From a virus (taxonomy: Duplodnaviria; Caudoviricetes): a stretch of 57,191 nucleotides of DNA. Positions 10,846 through 21,499 of this stretch are shown here, piece by piece; within the stretch, counting starts at the first letter, position 1; the number at the start of each line of letters is the position of its first letter. The DNA is taken from positions 1 through 57,191 of the IMG/VR virus record IMGVR_UViG_3300028394_000089. The stretch is one strand, 5' to 3'. The position numbers were made by a program, and so were the translations under genes. Below the pieces are notes generated by a model. That model ran no database searches. It saw nothing but the letters and a program-made list of their open reading frames with translations, and was not told the origin of the DNA.

Positions 10846-11445
10846 ATGGATCCATTATACATTGGAATTTCTGGGGTTTCTAGGTCTGGAAAAGATAGTC
10901 TAGCAAGCGAAATAGAAAAAATTCTTAGAACTTATATCCGAAGTGCTTTTATTTATAAAAGTTCATTAGCCCATCCGCTTAAGGAAGATTGCGCAGCTTT
11001 TATTAAGAACTATTTAAACTTAAACGTTTTTACAGATAAAACCGAAGAGAAGTCTATTTTTCGTGAATTTCTTGTTTGGTACGGTAAAGTCAAAAGACAA
11101 CAAAGCGAAGGCAAGCACTGGACAAACCTTTTAGATCAGCGCGTTGAAAATTTTCAACCAGATATTTGTATTGTTCCAGACGTTCGTTATCAACAATATC
11201 GGGAAGATGAGGTTAGTTGGCTTAAATCAAAAAATAGAAATGTTCTTATTCACTTGCAAAGAATTGCAATTAATGGTGAAATAGTTCAACCCGCAAATAT
11301 GGACGAATCAATTAACGACTCTATTCTTCAAGATATGGCAGACTATAAAATTGTATGGCCGACGTTCGTTGAAGAGGGTAAAGATGAGTCCATGAGAGAA
11401 ATTGCTATCAAAGCATTCAATACAGTTATTAAGGAAAAAATTTAA
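10846..11445 (+). CDS. deoxynucleoside monophosphate kinase-like P-loop kinase
   Basis: IGISGVSRSGKDS, LAHPLK, VPDVRY..E. Confidence 0.78.
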   Translation: MDPLYIGISGVSRSGKDSLASEIEKILRTYIRSAFIYKSSLAHPLKEDCAAFIKNYLNLNVFTDKTEEKSIFREFLVWYGKVKRQQSEGKHWTNLLDQRVENFQPDICIVPDVRYQQYREDEVSWLKSKNRNVLIHLQRIAINGEIVQPANMDESINDSILQDMADYKIVWPTFVEEGKDESMREIAIKAFNTVIKEKI

Positions 11446-11447
11446 TT

Positions 11448-12926
11448 ATGGCGTCAATTCGTAGCGTAGATATAGAAAAACACGTTCTAGCTGGCTTTAT
11501 CAAGCATCCAGGGGTATTCTTTGAAGTATCTCACTTCATTAATGAGGGCGACTTTAGCAATGGTCATAAAACCATCTTTAGCGTTCTAAAAGGGCAGATT
11601 ATGAAAAGTCAACCACTTGATGCGGTAATTATCGCTGAAAAGATAAAGAGCTTGGGCATTAGTTATAAACAGGATTTTAATATTTTTGATTACATAGAAA
11701 GCATTGCCTTTCTAAAGATTAGTCAAAAGTCTCTTTTGGAAGCGTGTAAGAATCTTAAAACAATTACGATTCGGCGCGAAATTGCTGAAACGGCGGGGCT
11801 AATTGCAGATTCGATGTCAAATTCTGGAGATAAATCTGCAGATGAAATTATTACTCTTGCAGATAAGATGTATAACGATAAGATTTCGGCTTACGACTTA
11901 GAATCAAATCCAGAAGACCTTTTTTCTGATATAGATAAGCTGATTGAAGAGAGGGCTAATAATCCAATTTCAGAAACAGGATTTTTAACCCCATATAAAC
12001 ATTTTAATAAAATGTATGGCGGACTAAGGCCTGGGGAGCTTTACGCTTGGGTAAGTCGTCCAAAACATGGTAAGAGCACAATTCTCAGTGATATTGCAGC
12101 TAAAGCCACTTTAATTAACCCGAATTTACAAGCTTTAATTCTTGATACTGAAATGCAAACTAGCGTTATTAAATTTCGTATTGCTAGTAGTATTACTGGT
12201 ATTCCAATGTGGTATCTAGAAACTGGTAATTTTAAAAATAATCCAGAATTGTTGGCAAGATGGAATAGTAAAAAGACAGAGTTATCCAAAGCACAGGGTA
12301 AGGTAAAGCATCTTCAAGTGGCTGGAAAACCAGTTTCTGAAATCGAATCTATTATTCAGCGCTGGTATCTTGGGCAAGTTGGTCGTGGTAATCCAGCTAT
12401 TGTGGTATATGATTATATTAAACTAACTGGAGAAATGGAAAAAAATAAACAGGAGTATCAACTTATTGGCGACAAAGTAGATCGTTTGAAAGAGTTGTCG
12501 GTTCGTCTTAATATTCCATTGCTTACTGCTTGCCAATTAAATCGCAGCGCCGAAAATGGTGCGGATGATAGCAGTGCTATTGCACAAAGTGATCGTTTAC
12601 AATGGTTTGCAGCGTATGTGGGTATTTTTCGTCGTAAAACAATTGAAGAGCGCGCAGAAGATGGCGCGCAATTCGGTAGTCATAAAATGATTGAGCTTGC
12701 GGCGCGTTATCAGGGTCAAGATGCGCATGGTCATACAGATTTAGTGCGTATTGTAGAAAATGGTCGCCCACAATATCGTAAGAATTTTATTTCTTTTAAT
12801 GTCGAAAATTTTAATGTAGAAGAGAAGGGAACGCTTCAAGATATTGTTAACCATCAAAATGGTGTGGGTATTAATATTTTTGATCGTGAAAATGGCGTAC
12901 AGCAACCAGAGGATGGATTACTATGA
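11448..12926 (+). CDS. dnaB: replicative DNA helicase DnaB
   Basis: GGLRPGEL, SRPKHGKS Walker A, VYDYIKL, CQLNR. Confidence 0.93.
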   Translation: MASIRSVDIEKHVLAGFIKHPGVFFEVSHFINEGDFSNGHKTIFSVLKGQIMKSQPLDAVIIAEKIKSLGISYKQDFNIFDYIESIAFLKISQKSLLEACKNLKTITIRREIAETAGLIADSMSNSGDKSADEIITLADKMYNDKISAYDLESNPEDLFSDIDKLIEERANNPISETGFLTPYKHFNKMYGGLRPGELYAWVSRPKHGKSTILSDIAAKATLINPNLQALILDTEMQTSVIKFRIASSITGIPMWYLETGNFKNNPELLARWNSKKTELSKAQGKVKHLQVAGKPVSEIESIIQRWYLGQVGRGNPAIVVYDYIKLTGEMEKNKQEYQLIGDKVDRLKELSVRLNIPLLTACQLNRSAENGADDSSAIAQSDRLQWFAAYVGIFRRKTIEERAEDGAQFGSHKMIELAARYQGQDAHGHTDLVRIVENGRPQYRKNFISFNVENFNVEEKGTLQDIVNHQNGVGINIFDRENGVQQPEDGLL

Positions 12927-13813
12927 GACTTCTAGAACTATTAAAAGATTCGGGTTGCAAACCGAGAAATTATGGAACTTATATTACTTGTGCTGCTAAG
13001 TATCGCGGTGGCGATGATCCCACGTCGATAGCAATCTATCTGACAACAAATATTGTTAAAGATTTTGTTACTGGAAAGGTGTTCTCTTTAGAGGAGTTTT
13101 TAAAAGCGACTTTCCAACTTCAAGATGTAAAACAGGTTGAAGATATTCTTAAGGATAAAGCTACATATTTTAAAGCTTTTAATGACACCGAAGATCCTTT
13201 TGCCAAAAGCGTTAAGTATTATTCTAATGATGACATAGTTGATTTAAAACGTGATGGTCTTTACTGGGGTAAAAGAGGCGTAAGCCAAGAGACTCTCGAT
13301 GTTTTTGAAGGCGGGGTATGCAAGACTGGTAAAATGTATCAGAGGTACGTTTTCCCTATTTTTAATGCTAGAAAAAAAATACAGGGATTCTCTGGTCGTG
13401 ATATAACTGGACAATCTAAAATCAAATGGAAACATATAGGGCGAAAAAATGAATGGGCGTATCCATTTATTTTTAATCATCAAATTATTAGAGAAAAAAG
13501 AGAGTTAATTCTTGTAGAAAGTATTGGTGATATGCTTTCATTATGGCAAAGCGGTATCAAAAATACTGGAGTAACATTTGGAACCGAGGCTGGTGGAGGC
13601 TTGCTTAAGGCAATAATACGTCTCGATCCAAAGCGTATCATCCTTGCGACCAACAATGATGATAACAGGGCTGGGCAGAAAGCTGCTACAAAAATACAAT
13701 CTACGCTTGTACATTTTTTTGACCCAGCTCAACTTCATATTTTTCATCCATATAAAAACGATTTTGGAGATCAAACAGTAGAAGAAAATCAGGAGTGGTA
13801 TTCAAATATATGA
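12923..13813 (+). CDS. dnaG: DNA primase (TOPRIM)
   Basis: RYVFPI, GFSGR, LVESIGD, NNDDNRAG; coupled to helicase. Confidence 0.85.
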   Translation: MRLLELLKDSGCKPRNYGTYITCAAKYRGGDDPTSIAIYLTTNIVKDFVTGKVFSLEEFLKATFQLQDVKQVEDILKDKATYFKAFNDTEDPFAKSVKYYSNDDIVDLKRDGLYWGKRGVSQETLDVFEGGVCKTGKMYQRYVFPIFNARKKIQGFSGRDITGQSKIKWKHIGRKNEWAYPFIFNHQIIREKRELILVESIGDMLSLWQSGIKNTGVTFGTEAGGGLLKAIIRLDPKRIILATNNDDNRAGQKAATKIQSTLVHFFDPAQLHIFHPYKNDFGDQTVEENQEWYSNI

Positions 13814-14232
13814 GAAGCACTTGGGAACAACACGCTATGAATTTAGCCGCTATTGCTATGCAAAGATCAGAAGATCCTTTTCAAAAGGTCGGAGCTTGCG
13901 TTCTTGGGCATAATAATGAAGTATTAGCTGTAGCTTATAACGGTCTTGCTGCTGGAGTAAACGTTACACCAGAGTTTTGGAAAGATCGTGATGCGCGAAG
14001 ACCGTATATGATACATGCCGAAAGTAATCTACTTGCTAGGATTAAAATGGGTGAAGGCAAACTTTTAGCTTGCACTCTTTTACCCTGCTCATCGTGCGCT
14101 ACAAATATTGCTGCCTATGGAATTAAAAATGTTATTTTTAAAGACATTTACAATAGAGACGTTAAATCAATTGATATTTTTAAATTTTATGGAATCTCTT
14201 GTCATCAAGTAGATCCAACATACCCATTATGA
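13810..14232 (+). CDS. dCMP deaminase
   Basis: RSEDP..KVGAC, YNG, HAE, PCxxC; start taken at ATG 13810. Confidence 0.92.
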   Translation: MRSTWEQHAMNLAAIAMQRSEDPFQKVGACVLGHNNEVLAVAYNGLAAGVNVTPEFWKDRDARRPYMIHAESNLLARIKMGEGKLLACTLLPCSSCATNIAAYGIKNVIFKDIYNRDVKSIDIFKFYGISCHQVDPTYPL

Positions 14233-15218
14233 GTGAATTAATTAAACTTTCAGCTAGTCGTATCAAGACGCTACAATCTTGCTCTTGGACTTATTACTGC
14301 AACTACAATTTAAAGTTACCCCAGAAAAATAACTCTGGTGCGATGCGTGGAACGGTAGCTCACCTTATTTTTGAAGTTCTAGGTAACCCTAGGCATGGAC
14401 ATTATATAAAAAAAATTGTCAAAGATAGCACATGTTTAAAACAAAAAGCTATTTTTCGTTTAATAATTAAAACTGCTAATAGGGAGGGTCTTGATCTTGA
14501 CGAGATGGTAAAGCCATTAAAGAAAAATGGTCAAGAAATATCAAATCTTAAATGTATTGACGAGATGATTTTAGTCGGATTAAAATTTGATTTTATTGGA
14601 GACGCAAAACTAATAGGGACTGAATGGGAATTCGATATAACTAATAAACAACCAGCGTATAGAATCGGTGGATTCATTGACCGTATTTTTAAAGATAAAA
14701 AACAATTAGTAATCAGAGATTTTAAATCAAGTAAACTTGCTTTTAAGGGTGAAGAATTGGAAAGTAATATTCAAGCAATGATGTATTCTTTAGCTGTAAG
14801 GAAAAAATATGCTAAACAAAAAGAAGTTCTTGTTAAATTTTTATTTTTAAGATATCCCGATAATCCCGAACGTGAATGTCCGCATTTTACAGAAGAGCAG
14901 TTAATTGGATTTGAGCATTACCTTGAATATTTAAATGGTTATTTAACAAATTTTGATGAGAAAAAGGGTAAATCAAACTTTGCGGCAAACGATTTTGCAA
15001 AAAAATGGATGTGCCAAACCAAATCTGGATGGCGTTGCCCTTATTTTGATCCTATAGATTATAAAGTTTTACTGGATAAAGACGGCAAAATTATTAAATC
15101 AATATTTGCAGATAAAGAATTTAAACCGTTAGATATTAAAAAAGATTATCATATTGAAATAAGAAGGTATGAAGGTTGTCCAGCTTGGAAAAAGTCTAAT
15201 AATGACTTTGACTTTTAA
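14229..15218 (+). CDS. PD-(D/E)XK (RecB/Cas4-like) exonuclease
   Basis: LSASRIKT..C, GTVAH, GFIDR, RDFKSS, Q..MY, C-terminal Cys residues. Confidence 0.85.
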   Translation: MSELIKLSASRIKTLQSCSWTYYCNYNLKLPQKNNSGAMRGTVAHLIFEVLGNPRHGHYIKKIVKDSTCLKQKAIFRLIIKTANREGLDLDEMVKPLKKNGQEISNLKCIDEMILVGLKFDFIGDAKLIGTEWEFDITNKQPAYRIGGFIDRIFKDKKQLVIRDFKSSKLAFKGEELESNIQAMMYSLAVRKKYAKQKEVLVKFLFLRYPDNPERECPHFTEEQLIGFEHYLEYLNGYLTNFDEKKGKSNFAANDFAKKWMCQTKSGWRCPYFDPIDYKVLLDKDGKIIKSIFADKEFKPLDIKKDYHIEIRRYEGCPAWKKSNNDFDF

Positions 15219-15244
15219 GACAATATACAGTAAAGTGTTTGTAC

Positions 15245-15997
15245 ATGTTACCTATTTTTAGATCAAACTACTCGCTGACTTCTGTTTTGACTCTCGATAG
15301 TTATACAGATAAAGAATCTCGTGATACCAATCGTCCAGATTCGATTTTTGATATAGCTAAAGATTATGGGCTAAAAGATGTTTATATTGTTGATAACACT
15401 CTTACAAGTCTTGTTGAGGCTTATGAAAATTCAAAAAAAGCGGGTTTAAATCTAAGATATGGTTATAGAGTTAATGTTTGCATGGATATAGAAAATAAAA
15501 CTCCAGAGTCAGTTATTACAGAGAGTAAATTTATTATCTTTGCAAAAAAGAATTCTTTTGCAGATCTGGTTAAACTTCATAATATATCTACCACAGATGG
15601 AGTTTATAATGGAGCGCCGCGTTTAGATTTTAAAACTTTAAAAAAGTACTGGTCAAATAATTTGATTTTAGGTATTCCATTTTACGACTCTTATATTTAC
15701 TACAATCTTCTTTATGGTAGAGAGTGCGTTCCAGAGATGGATTTTACCGAGCCGTTTTATTTTAGTGAAAATAATGGATTACCATTCGATGGTCTTTTGA
15801 ACGATCATCTAAAATCAATAGTTGGAGATCATGAGATCGTTGAATCTAAAACTATTTATTACAGAACTTATAAAGATTTTAAAGCTTATATGACGTATCG
15901 GTGTATTTTAAATAGAACAACATTTCAAAAACCCGAATTAAGACATTTCGGCAGTCAGGAGTTTTGTATGGAGGCTTGGGAAAAATATGCAAAGTAA
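15245..15997 (+). CDS. stand-alone PHP-like N-terminal domain of C-family DNA polymerase
   Basis: FRSNYSL..S, D..L.SL, GYRV, LVKL, PRLD match the DnaE PHP outline; metal-binding His residues are degenerate. Confidence 0.75.
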   Translation: MLPIFRSNYSLTSVLTLDSYTDKESRDTNRPDSIFDIAKDYGLKDVYIVDNTLTSLVEAYENSKKAGLNLRYGYRVNVCMDIENKTPESVITESKFIIFAKKNSFADLVKLHNISTTDGVYNGAPRLDFKTLKKYWSNNLILGIPFYDSYIYYNLLYGRECVPEMDFTEPFYFSENNGLPFDGLLNDHLKSIVGDHEIVESKTIYYRTYKDFKAYMTYRCILNRTTFQKPELRHFGSQEFCMEAWEKYAK

Positions 15998-16619
15998 TCT
16001 TCTACGTTTTAATAAAAAACAAAAATATTTAATTTTCGATTGCGAAACCGAAAGTCTAGCACTTGCATTAACTCGGCCTTGGCAATTATCTTGGTTAGTG
16101 TATGAAGATGGTAAAATTGCAAAAAATGAAGACCACCTGTTATATTGGAAAGATCTAAATATTTCGGCTGATGCGGCAAGAATTACTCATTTTGATTATA
16201 ATAATTGGAAAGAAAAAGCCAAAGATCCACTAACAATTCTTAAAAAATTTGAAGAGTATCTTTACAATCCAGAGTATTTGATTATTGGCGCTAATCTTTT
16301 TGGGTTTGATATTTATGTAATAAATTCTCTTAGAAAATATCTTGGATTAGAGTCGGATTATTCTTATATTGATAGAGTTCTTGATATACAATGCCTTCAA
16401 AAGGGGATATATTTAGGGCTTAAAGAGCTACCGTCAAAAAGAACTGCTTGGCAATATCAAATGTATCACTACGTTAAAAGGGGGGTTAAAACTTCGGTAA
16501 AACATCTTGCTGGACTTTACGATATACCTTATGACGAAAATAACGCACATGACGCAAAATATGATAACCTATTATGTTTAGAAATCTTTAAGAAGCAAAT
16601 TTTAACAATTGAAGTATGA
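15987..16619 (+). CDS. DEDDh 3'-5' exonuclease (DnaQ-like)
   Basis: IFDCETE, GFD, AHDAKYD. Confidence 0.9.
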   Translation: MQSNLLRFNKKQKYLIFDCETESLALALTRPWQLSWLVYEDGKIAKNEDHLLYWKDLNISADAARITHFDYNNWKEKAKDPLTILKKFEEYLYNPEYLIIGANLFGFDIYVINSLRKYLGLESDYSYIDRVLDIQCLQKGIYLGLKELPSKRTAWQYQMYHYVKRGVKTSVKHLAGLYDIPYDENNAHDAKYDNLLCLEIFKKQILTIEV

Positions 16620-19144
16620 GTTTTATAGAACAGTTTAAAAATATTGAAATGAAGAATGTCAACCTCGTCAGGTTGCCTAACATTTTATTTACAAAAGAAG
16701 AAAAGGGCAAGTTTGCCGAAACCGAAGATAACGAGAAGTTCCTCCAACAGTTGGTAAATGATGGGTGGAGAAAGTTTCGTGATAAGATTCCAGAGAATAA
16801 AAAGAAGGAGTATCTTAATCGTATTAAAGAGGAATTTGATATTGTTAAAGATTTAGGGTTTATTGATTATTTTCTTCTAGTTTGGCGTGTTATTAATAAG
16901 GCACGTAGTCTGGGAGCATTTATTGATTGGGGTCGTGGTAGCGCGGCGGGTAGTCTAATTTTCTATTTGATTGGCGTTACTGGCGTTGACCCTATTGATA
17001 AGAAATTGTTTTTTACGCGGTTTATATCAAAGGCTCGGGCTAAGAAAGAGGTTATTGATGGAGTCACGTATATTCAAGGTGATTTAGCTCCAGATGTTGA
17101 TATTAATCTCGGCGGCGTTCGTGATGAAATTATTGAGTGGTTAAAAGAATGTTATCCGAATAAAGTTTGCAAGATTTCTTCTCTGTCCACATTCTCTGGT
17201 AAAATTCTTGTTAAAGATGTTTACAAGATTGTTAACGAAGCAACAGAAGAACAGGCTAGTAATTTAGCGGATACAATCGGTAAAGTATTCGGAGTTGTTG
17301 AAGACATTGAAGATTCTTATAAAAATAGTGAGAAATTCCGCGATTGGGCAGATGGGTACAAGGAGTCTTACGAAATTGCGCTTAAGCTTCGTGGGCTTAT
17401 TCGTGGTAAGTCTACCCATGCAAGTGGATATTTTCTTTCATATTATCCGTTAGATAAATTTGTTCCCATCGAAAAGAACAAAGAAGGGGAGTTGGCTATC
17501 TCATATGAGATGAATACTGCTGCAAAATTTGGTATTAAGTTGGATTTGTTGGGACTTATCAGTAATGAAATTATTAAGAATGTATTTGAACAGATTACAG
17601 AGAAGTTTGAAGATATTGATCTTGACAATAATCCAGAAGTATATGAGCATTTGCAAGATGATAAATTACTTCCTTATGGTTTATATCAGATTAGTGCGGA
17701 TTGTGCTTACCGTGTTTGTAAGAACATTAAACCAGCAAATATTAGCCAATTGAGTGACGTTAACGCTATAGCTCGACCTGGGGCGTTAGCCTATGAAAAG
17801 CATTATGTTGATTTTACGGGAGAAGCCCCGCATGAAAAATTGCGTGAAGTGTTTTTAGAGTCACGCAATCTTCCCTTATATCAAGAGCAATTAATTCAAG
17901 CCCTTGTTACAGTTGGATTTACAGCTGACGAGTCTGAATATATTAGGCGTATTATTGGTAAGAAAAAGCGTGATGAGATGCCCAAGTGGAAAGATAAAGT
18001 ATTTGAAACTTGTGAGACGAATGGATTTGGCGAGCAAGTTGCGGAAGCGATTTGGAAAGTCATGTTGGATTCTGCAGATTATTCGTTTAATAAATCGCAC
18101 AGCTTTTGCGTGGCATATCTTGGCGCATTAACTGTTTACCTAAAGTATAAATATCCTTTAGAGTTCTTTACATCATGTTTAAATGCCGTCCAAAAACTTG
18201 TAGATCCAATGGAAGAAATACGTTTAATTGAACGTGAACTACCTTATTTTAATATTAAACTCCTACCTCCGCATCTGTTGAAGTCCGAAATGGGATTTAC
18301 AGTCGAAGGTCCGAATATCCGTTTTGGATTGAGTGCAATCAAAGGTATTTCAGATAGTGCAATGGAAAAATTAGTTAAGTTTCGTGGCGAGTATGACAGT
18401 AAGATTGATTGTTTTATGGCAGCAAAACAGGCTGGTTTAAATATTGGAGTGGTATCTTCACTTATCCAAGCGGGTTCTTTGGATGATCTAAATACTAAAC
18501 GTAGTCGTCTTGTTCTTGAAGCTCAGACATTTAATATTTTAACTGATCGTGAAAAGCGTTTGGTCAAAACAGTTCATGACGAGACGGATCAAAAGGATAT
18601 TCTAACTATTTTAACAATTCTTGTTGAAAAGAGTCAAGTAAAAGCCTCGCGCTTTGAAACGATTAAAAAGAAATACAATCCGTATAAAGAAATCTATATG
18701 TTGAATAGTCGTAATGAAGATCTAACAAACTATTTTTATGAGAAGAATTGTTTGGGATTTAGTTATAGCCAGAATTTAACTAAGATTTTTAAGAATATTA
18801 ATCCTAATTTTAAAACTATTCGATACGCGTTTGAGAATTGCGAGGAGAACGATCAAGTACTTATTATTGGAGAAATTCTAGAAACTCGTCAGTCGAAATC
18901 TCGTAATGGTAATAAGTTTTTTAAAGCTGGGGTAGCCGACGATACAGGAAAGGTTTCAGTACTTCTTTTCGATGGTCAACGCGGACTATTTCAAGAGTGT
19001 AAAGACGAGAATAAGGGCAATTTTCCTGAAGAGGGGGACATCGTAATTGTTAAAGGTCGTCTTAAAGGAGATGATGCTATTTTTGCAGACAAAATAGTCA
19101 AACAGGATTGTAAGATATATAAAAATATGAGAGATTTAAAATAA
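16616..19144 (+). CDS. dnaE: DNA polymerase III alpha (DnaE-type) core
   Basis: GRGSAAGS, PDVDID-like PDVDIN, THASG, KLDLLG, RPG, YQEQ, FNKSH, IRFGL..IKG, C-terminal OB fold. Confidence 0.95.
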   Translation: MSFIEQFKNIEMKNVNLVRLPNILFTKEEKGKFAETEDNEKFLQQLVNDGWRKFRDKIPENKKKEYLNRIKEEFDIVKDLGFIDYFLLVWRVINKARSLGAFIDWGRGSAAGSLIFYLIGVTGVDPIDKKLFFTRFISKARAKKEVIDGVTYIQGDLAPDVDINLGGVRDEIIEWLKECYPNKVCKISSLSTFSGKILVKDVYKIVNEATEEQASNLADTIGKVFGVVEDIEDSYKNSEKFRDWADGYKESYEIALKLRGLIRGKSTHASGYFLSYYPLDKFVPIEKNKEGELAISYEMNTAAKFGIKLDLLGLISNEIIKNVFEQITEKFEDIDLDNNPEVYEHLQDDKLLPYGLYQISADCAYRVCKNIKPANISQLSDVNAIARPGALAYEKHYVDFTGEAPHEKLREVFLESRNLPLYQEQLIQALVTVGFTADESEYIRRIIGKKKRDEMPKWKDKVFETCETNGFGEQVAEAIWKVMLDSADYSFNKSHSFCVAYLGALTVYLKYKYPLEFFTSCLNAVQKLVDPMEEIRLIERELPYFNIKLLPPHLLKSEMGFTVEGPNIRFGLSAIKGISDSAMEKLVKFRGEYDSKIDCFMAAKQAGLNIGVVSSLIQAGSLDDLNTKRSRLVLEAQTFNILTDREKRLVKTVHDETDQKDILTILTILVEKSQVKASRFETIKKKYNPYKEIYMLNSRNEDLTNYFYEKNCLGFSYSQNLTKIFKNINPNFKTIRYAFENCEENDQVLIIGEILETRQSKSRNGNKFFKAGVADDTGKVSVLLFDGQRGLFQECKDENKGNFPEEGDIVIVKGRLKGDDAIFADKIVKQDCKIYKNMRDLK

Positions 19145-19897
19145 TTAGTAATTTTTTGTAATTACATAGTTACCTTGAACAAACCCGCCAGCTTCTACAC
19201 TATTTTCAGAGCTTTCTATCTTACCATTAGTAATACTAATTGTTGCTAAATTACTACTCGTACAAATAGCTCCTATATTAATTGTAGCTGATTGTGTTGT
19301 AGGGCATTGGGCAATATATTGTCCAGCATTAATACCACGTAATGTTAAACTTTGTTTTGCACTATTAAAAATTATGCCAGCATTCGTACTGCTACCTAAA
19401 ACATATAATGGTTGCCATTCAACAGTTGCGGAATAATCAAATCCAATTGCATTTGTTAAAGATATATCAGTTGCAGTTCCATGACCGATACTTTCTGTTT
19501 GGGAAGACGATCCGCCACCTATTGAAAATGCACCACCACCAGCTCCAAAAACCGTAAATGAAGCCGATCCATTAACTATAGAATTTGCCTCACCATTTAG
19601 TGTGTGACTTGTCAGATAAGCTGTATAGGTTAAACCACCAATAGTAACTTGTGTACCTTGGTAAGAGGTAGGACTTGCGATAATAGTATTAAAAATACTA
19701 CCAATCGGATCACTAGTAACAATATAGCTAATAGACATAGTTCCTTGGACTGGACCATTAGGTATGCTAGCGATAGCTTTTATATTGCCAAGGGCACGTA
19801 CGCCCTCTAATGGAACTTGAAAAGAAACACTGGCATTAGTAGCAAACAATGACGATCCACCTACACTAACTGTTACATTTTGATATGACAATGCCAT
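19145..19897 (-). CDS. putative virion structural protein (tail-tube-like, two repeated beta domains)
   Basis: S/T/G-rich beta-strand pattern with a duplicated 'x-P-L-x-x-L-G' motif. Confidence 0.5.
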   Translation of the reverse strand: MALSYQNVTVSVGGSSLFATNASVSFQVPLEGVRALGNIKAIASIPNGPVQGTMSISYIVTSDPIGSIFNTIIASPTSYQGTQVTIGGLTYTAYLTSHTLNGEANSIVNGSASFTVFGAGGGAFSIGGGSSSQTESIGHGTATDISLTNAIGFDYSATVEWQPLYVLGSSTNAGIIFNSAKQSLTLRGINAGQYIAQCPTTQSATINIGAICTSSNLATISITNGKIESSENSVEAGGFVQGNYVITKNY

Positions 19898-19907
19898 AAT
19901 AATTTAA

Positions 19908-20702
19908 TTACATCAAAAAGCTTCTAAAGAGCAACTCTACGGTAGAAGAATTTTCGATACTACTATCGTAAGTATTTGATATTAATCTAGCATTCGGCAA
20001 ATAGAATGACTCGATAGTTTGTGTTTTATTACAATTTTTTAAATAAATTTGCAAATTTTGTATGTTAGGAGTACAAAGCAGGGTTTGAATATCAGATAAT
20101 TCATAGTCATCAATTTCTATTGATAATTTTAATTCGGCAGTTACTGGCTTTTTTAAAAGAACATCCGATGGATCTCTAGAACCCATTACAAACAATGGGG
20201 TTCTTTCGCAGTTTACGTTATATTCAAAAGAAGTAATACGATTTGTAGAACCCTCATTTGCGTTAATAATAATACTGCCAGCATTTGCTACATAAATATT
20301 GTCAGTATTTGTAGACGGGATAATTGATTCCTCTACACCTCCACCTATATTATTATAAACAATAAAATCTGTAGTAATATTAGCAACATCTCCAATACCG
20401 CATGAAGCAGAATATCTTGTTAAATACCCACTTTTAAAACCAAAAGAATTATTTTTATAAGATATAAAACCATTACATGATCTATTGCCAGTAAGGTATT
20501 TTAATGGATCTGCTTGTATTAAAAATCTGCTAAATGATATATTTCTAGAGCTTTCCCCCTGCGAAGTCGCAGCAAAATTACCACCTAATACATCAATATT
20601 ATCAAAAGGTATATCAAAATCACCATTAAAACTATTTACACCAGACAGTTCTTGTTGATTTATAATTAGCTTTTGATCGGCATATATATTTCTTCCGTAC
20701 AT
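19908..20702 (-). CDS. putative virion structural protein (tail-tube-like), paralog of the neighbouring gene
   Basis: Two repeated beta domains (IDVLG / PLFVMG); preceded by the GTGTAAA motif. Confidence 0.5.
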   Translation of the reverse strand: MYGRNIYADQKLIINQQELSGVNSFNGDFDIPFDNIDVLGGNFAATSQGESSRNISFSRFLIQADPLKYLTGNRSCNGFISYKNNSFGFKSGYLTRYSASCGIGDVANITTDFIVYNNIGGGVEESIIPSTNTDNIYVANAGSIIINANEGSTNRITSFEYNVNCERTPLFVMGSRDPSDVLLKKPVTAELKLSIEIDDYELSDIQTLLCTPNIQNLQIYLKNCNKTQTIESFYLPNARLISNTYDSSIENSSTVELLFRSFLM

Positions 20703-20747
20703 TACAGTGCTTTACACTAAAAATATAGGCTAAGAATTTTATAATTA

Positions 20748-20754
20748 GTGTAAT
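20748..20754 (+). promoter_or_regulatory. GTGTAAT putative phage-specific (late) promoter; a divergent copy sits on the minus strand at 20711-20717
   Basis: Recurrent motif 14-18 nt upstream of start codons. Confidence 0.5.
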
Positions 20755-20763
20755 CTTATAATT

Positions 20764-21498
20764 ATGCCCCTTCCAAAACCCAAAAAGAAAGAAAAACAAG
20801 GAGATTTTATTTCACGTTGCGCAGGTGACACAACAATGAATAAAGACTTTCCAGAAACCAAACAGCGTGTTGCAGTTTGTTATTCACAATGGCAACAAGC
20901 CAAGGCTAACGCAATGGCAAGTTTTGGCGAGGGAGATAATGAAGTTTTATTTGAATGCCCAGAGTGCGTACAAGCCGCACAAAAAACTTATGGTGGCAAA
21001 AAACGTAGCGATCTTAAAGATGGTGATTTTTTATTTCCATCAACTCGTAGTTTTCCTATTGTAAGTCCACAAGATGTTCGTGACGCTATTAGTAATTATG
21101 GACGTATGGGCGGTAAAATGACTTATGATTCTTTTATTAAGCTTCTCTATAAAAAAGCTCGTAGTAAAGGACAAGCTTTTGTAGATGCAATTCCAGAGAA
21201 AACTCGTAAAGAGCATAAATTAACAGCTTCAATGGATGAAACTTTGGATGATTATAAAAATGAATTAATTGAAATGGGTATGACTTCAATCAAAAGTATT
21301 GCCGATCATGCGCAAGAAATGGTTGATAGTTTTAATGACCCAAAAATAAAAGAAAATTTAGCAGAACCATGGCTTTTATCTCAAATTTCCCTGGCTTTAG
21401 ATTATATGATGACTATTAGTAATTATGTAATGTACGCACAAGAAGCTGATGAAGAGATGGATTTAATGGAAGAAAATCAAAATAATTTACCAGAATAA
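20764..21498 (+). CDS. hypothetical phage protein (modular)
   Basis: MPLPKP..E..FISRC...QRVAVCYS N-terminal module; long ORF. Confidence 0.75.
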   Translation: MPLPKPKKKEKQGDFISRCAGDTTMNKDFPETKQRVAVCYSQWQQAKANAMASFGEGDNEVLFECPECVQAAQKTYGGKKRSDLKDGDFLFPSTRSFPIVSPQDVRDAISNYGRMGGKMTYDSFIKLLYKKARSKGQAFVDAIPEKTRKEHKLTASMDETLDDYKNELIEMGMTSIKSIADHAQEMVDSFNDPKIKENLAEPWLLSQISLALDYMMTISNYVMYAQEADEEMDLMEENQNNLPE

Positions 21499-21499
21499 T

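Noticed and set aside
14229-15218. Cas4 / CRISPR system
   Set aside because: No repeat-spacer array or other cas genes were seen; context indicates a replication/recombination exonuclease
16616-19144. Intein or intron in dnaE
   Set aside because: Motifs are contiguous, length is compact, and no intein termini or LAGLIDADG motif were seen
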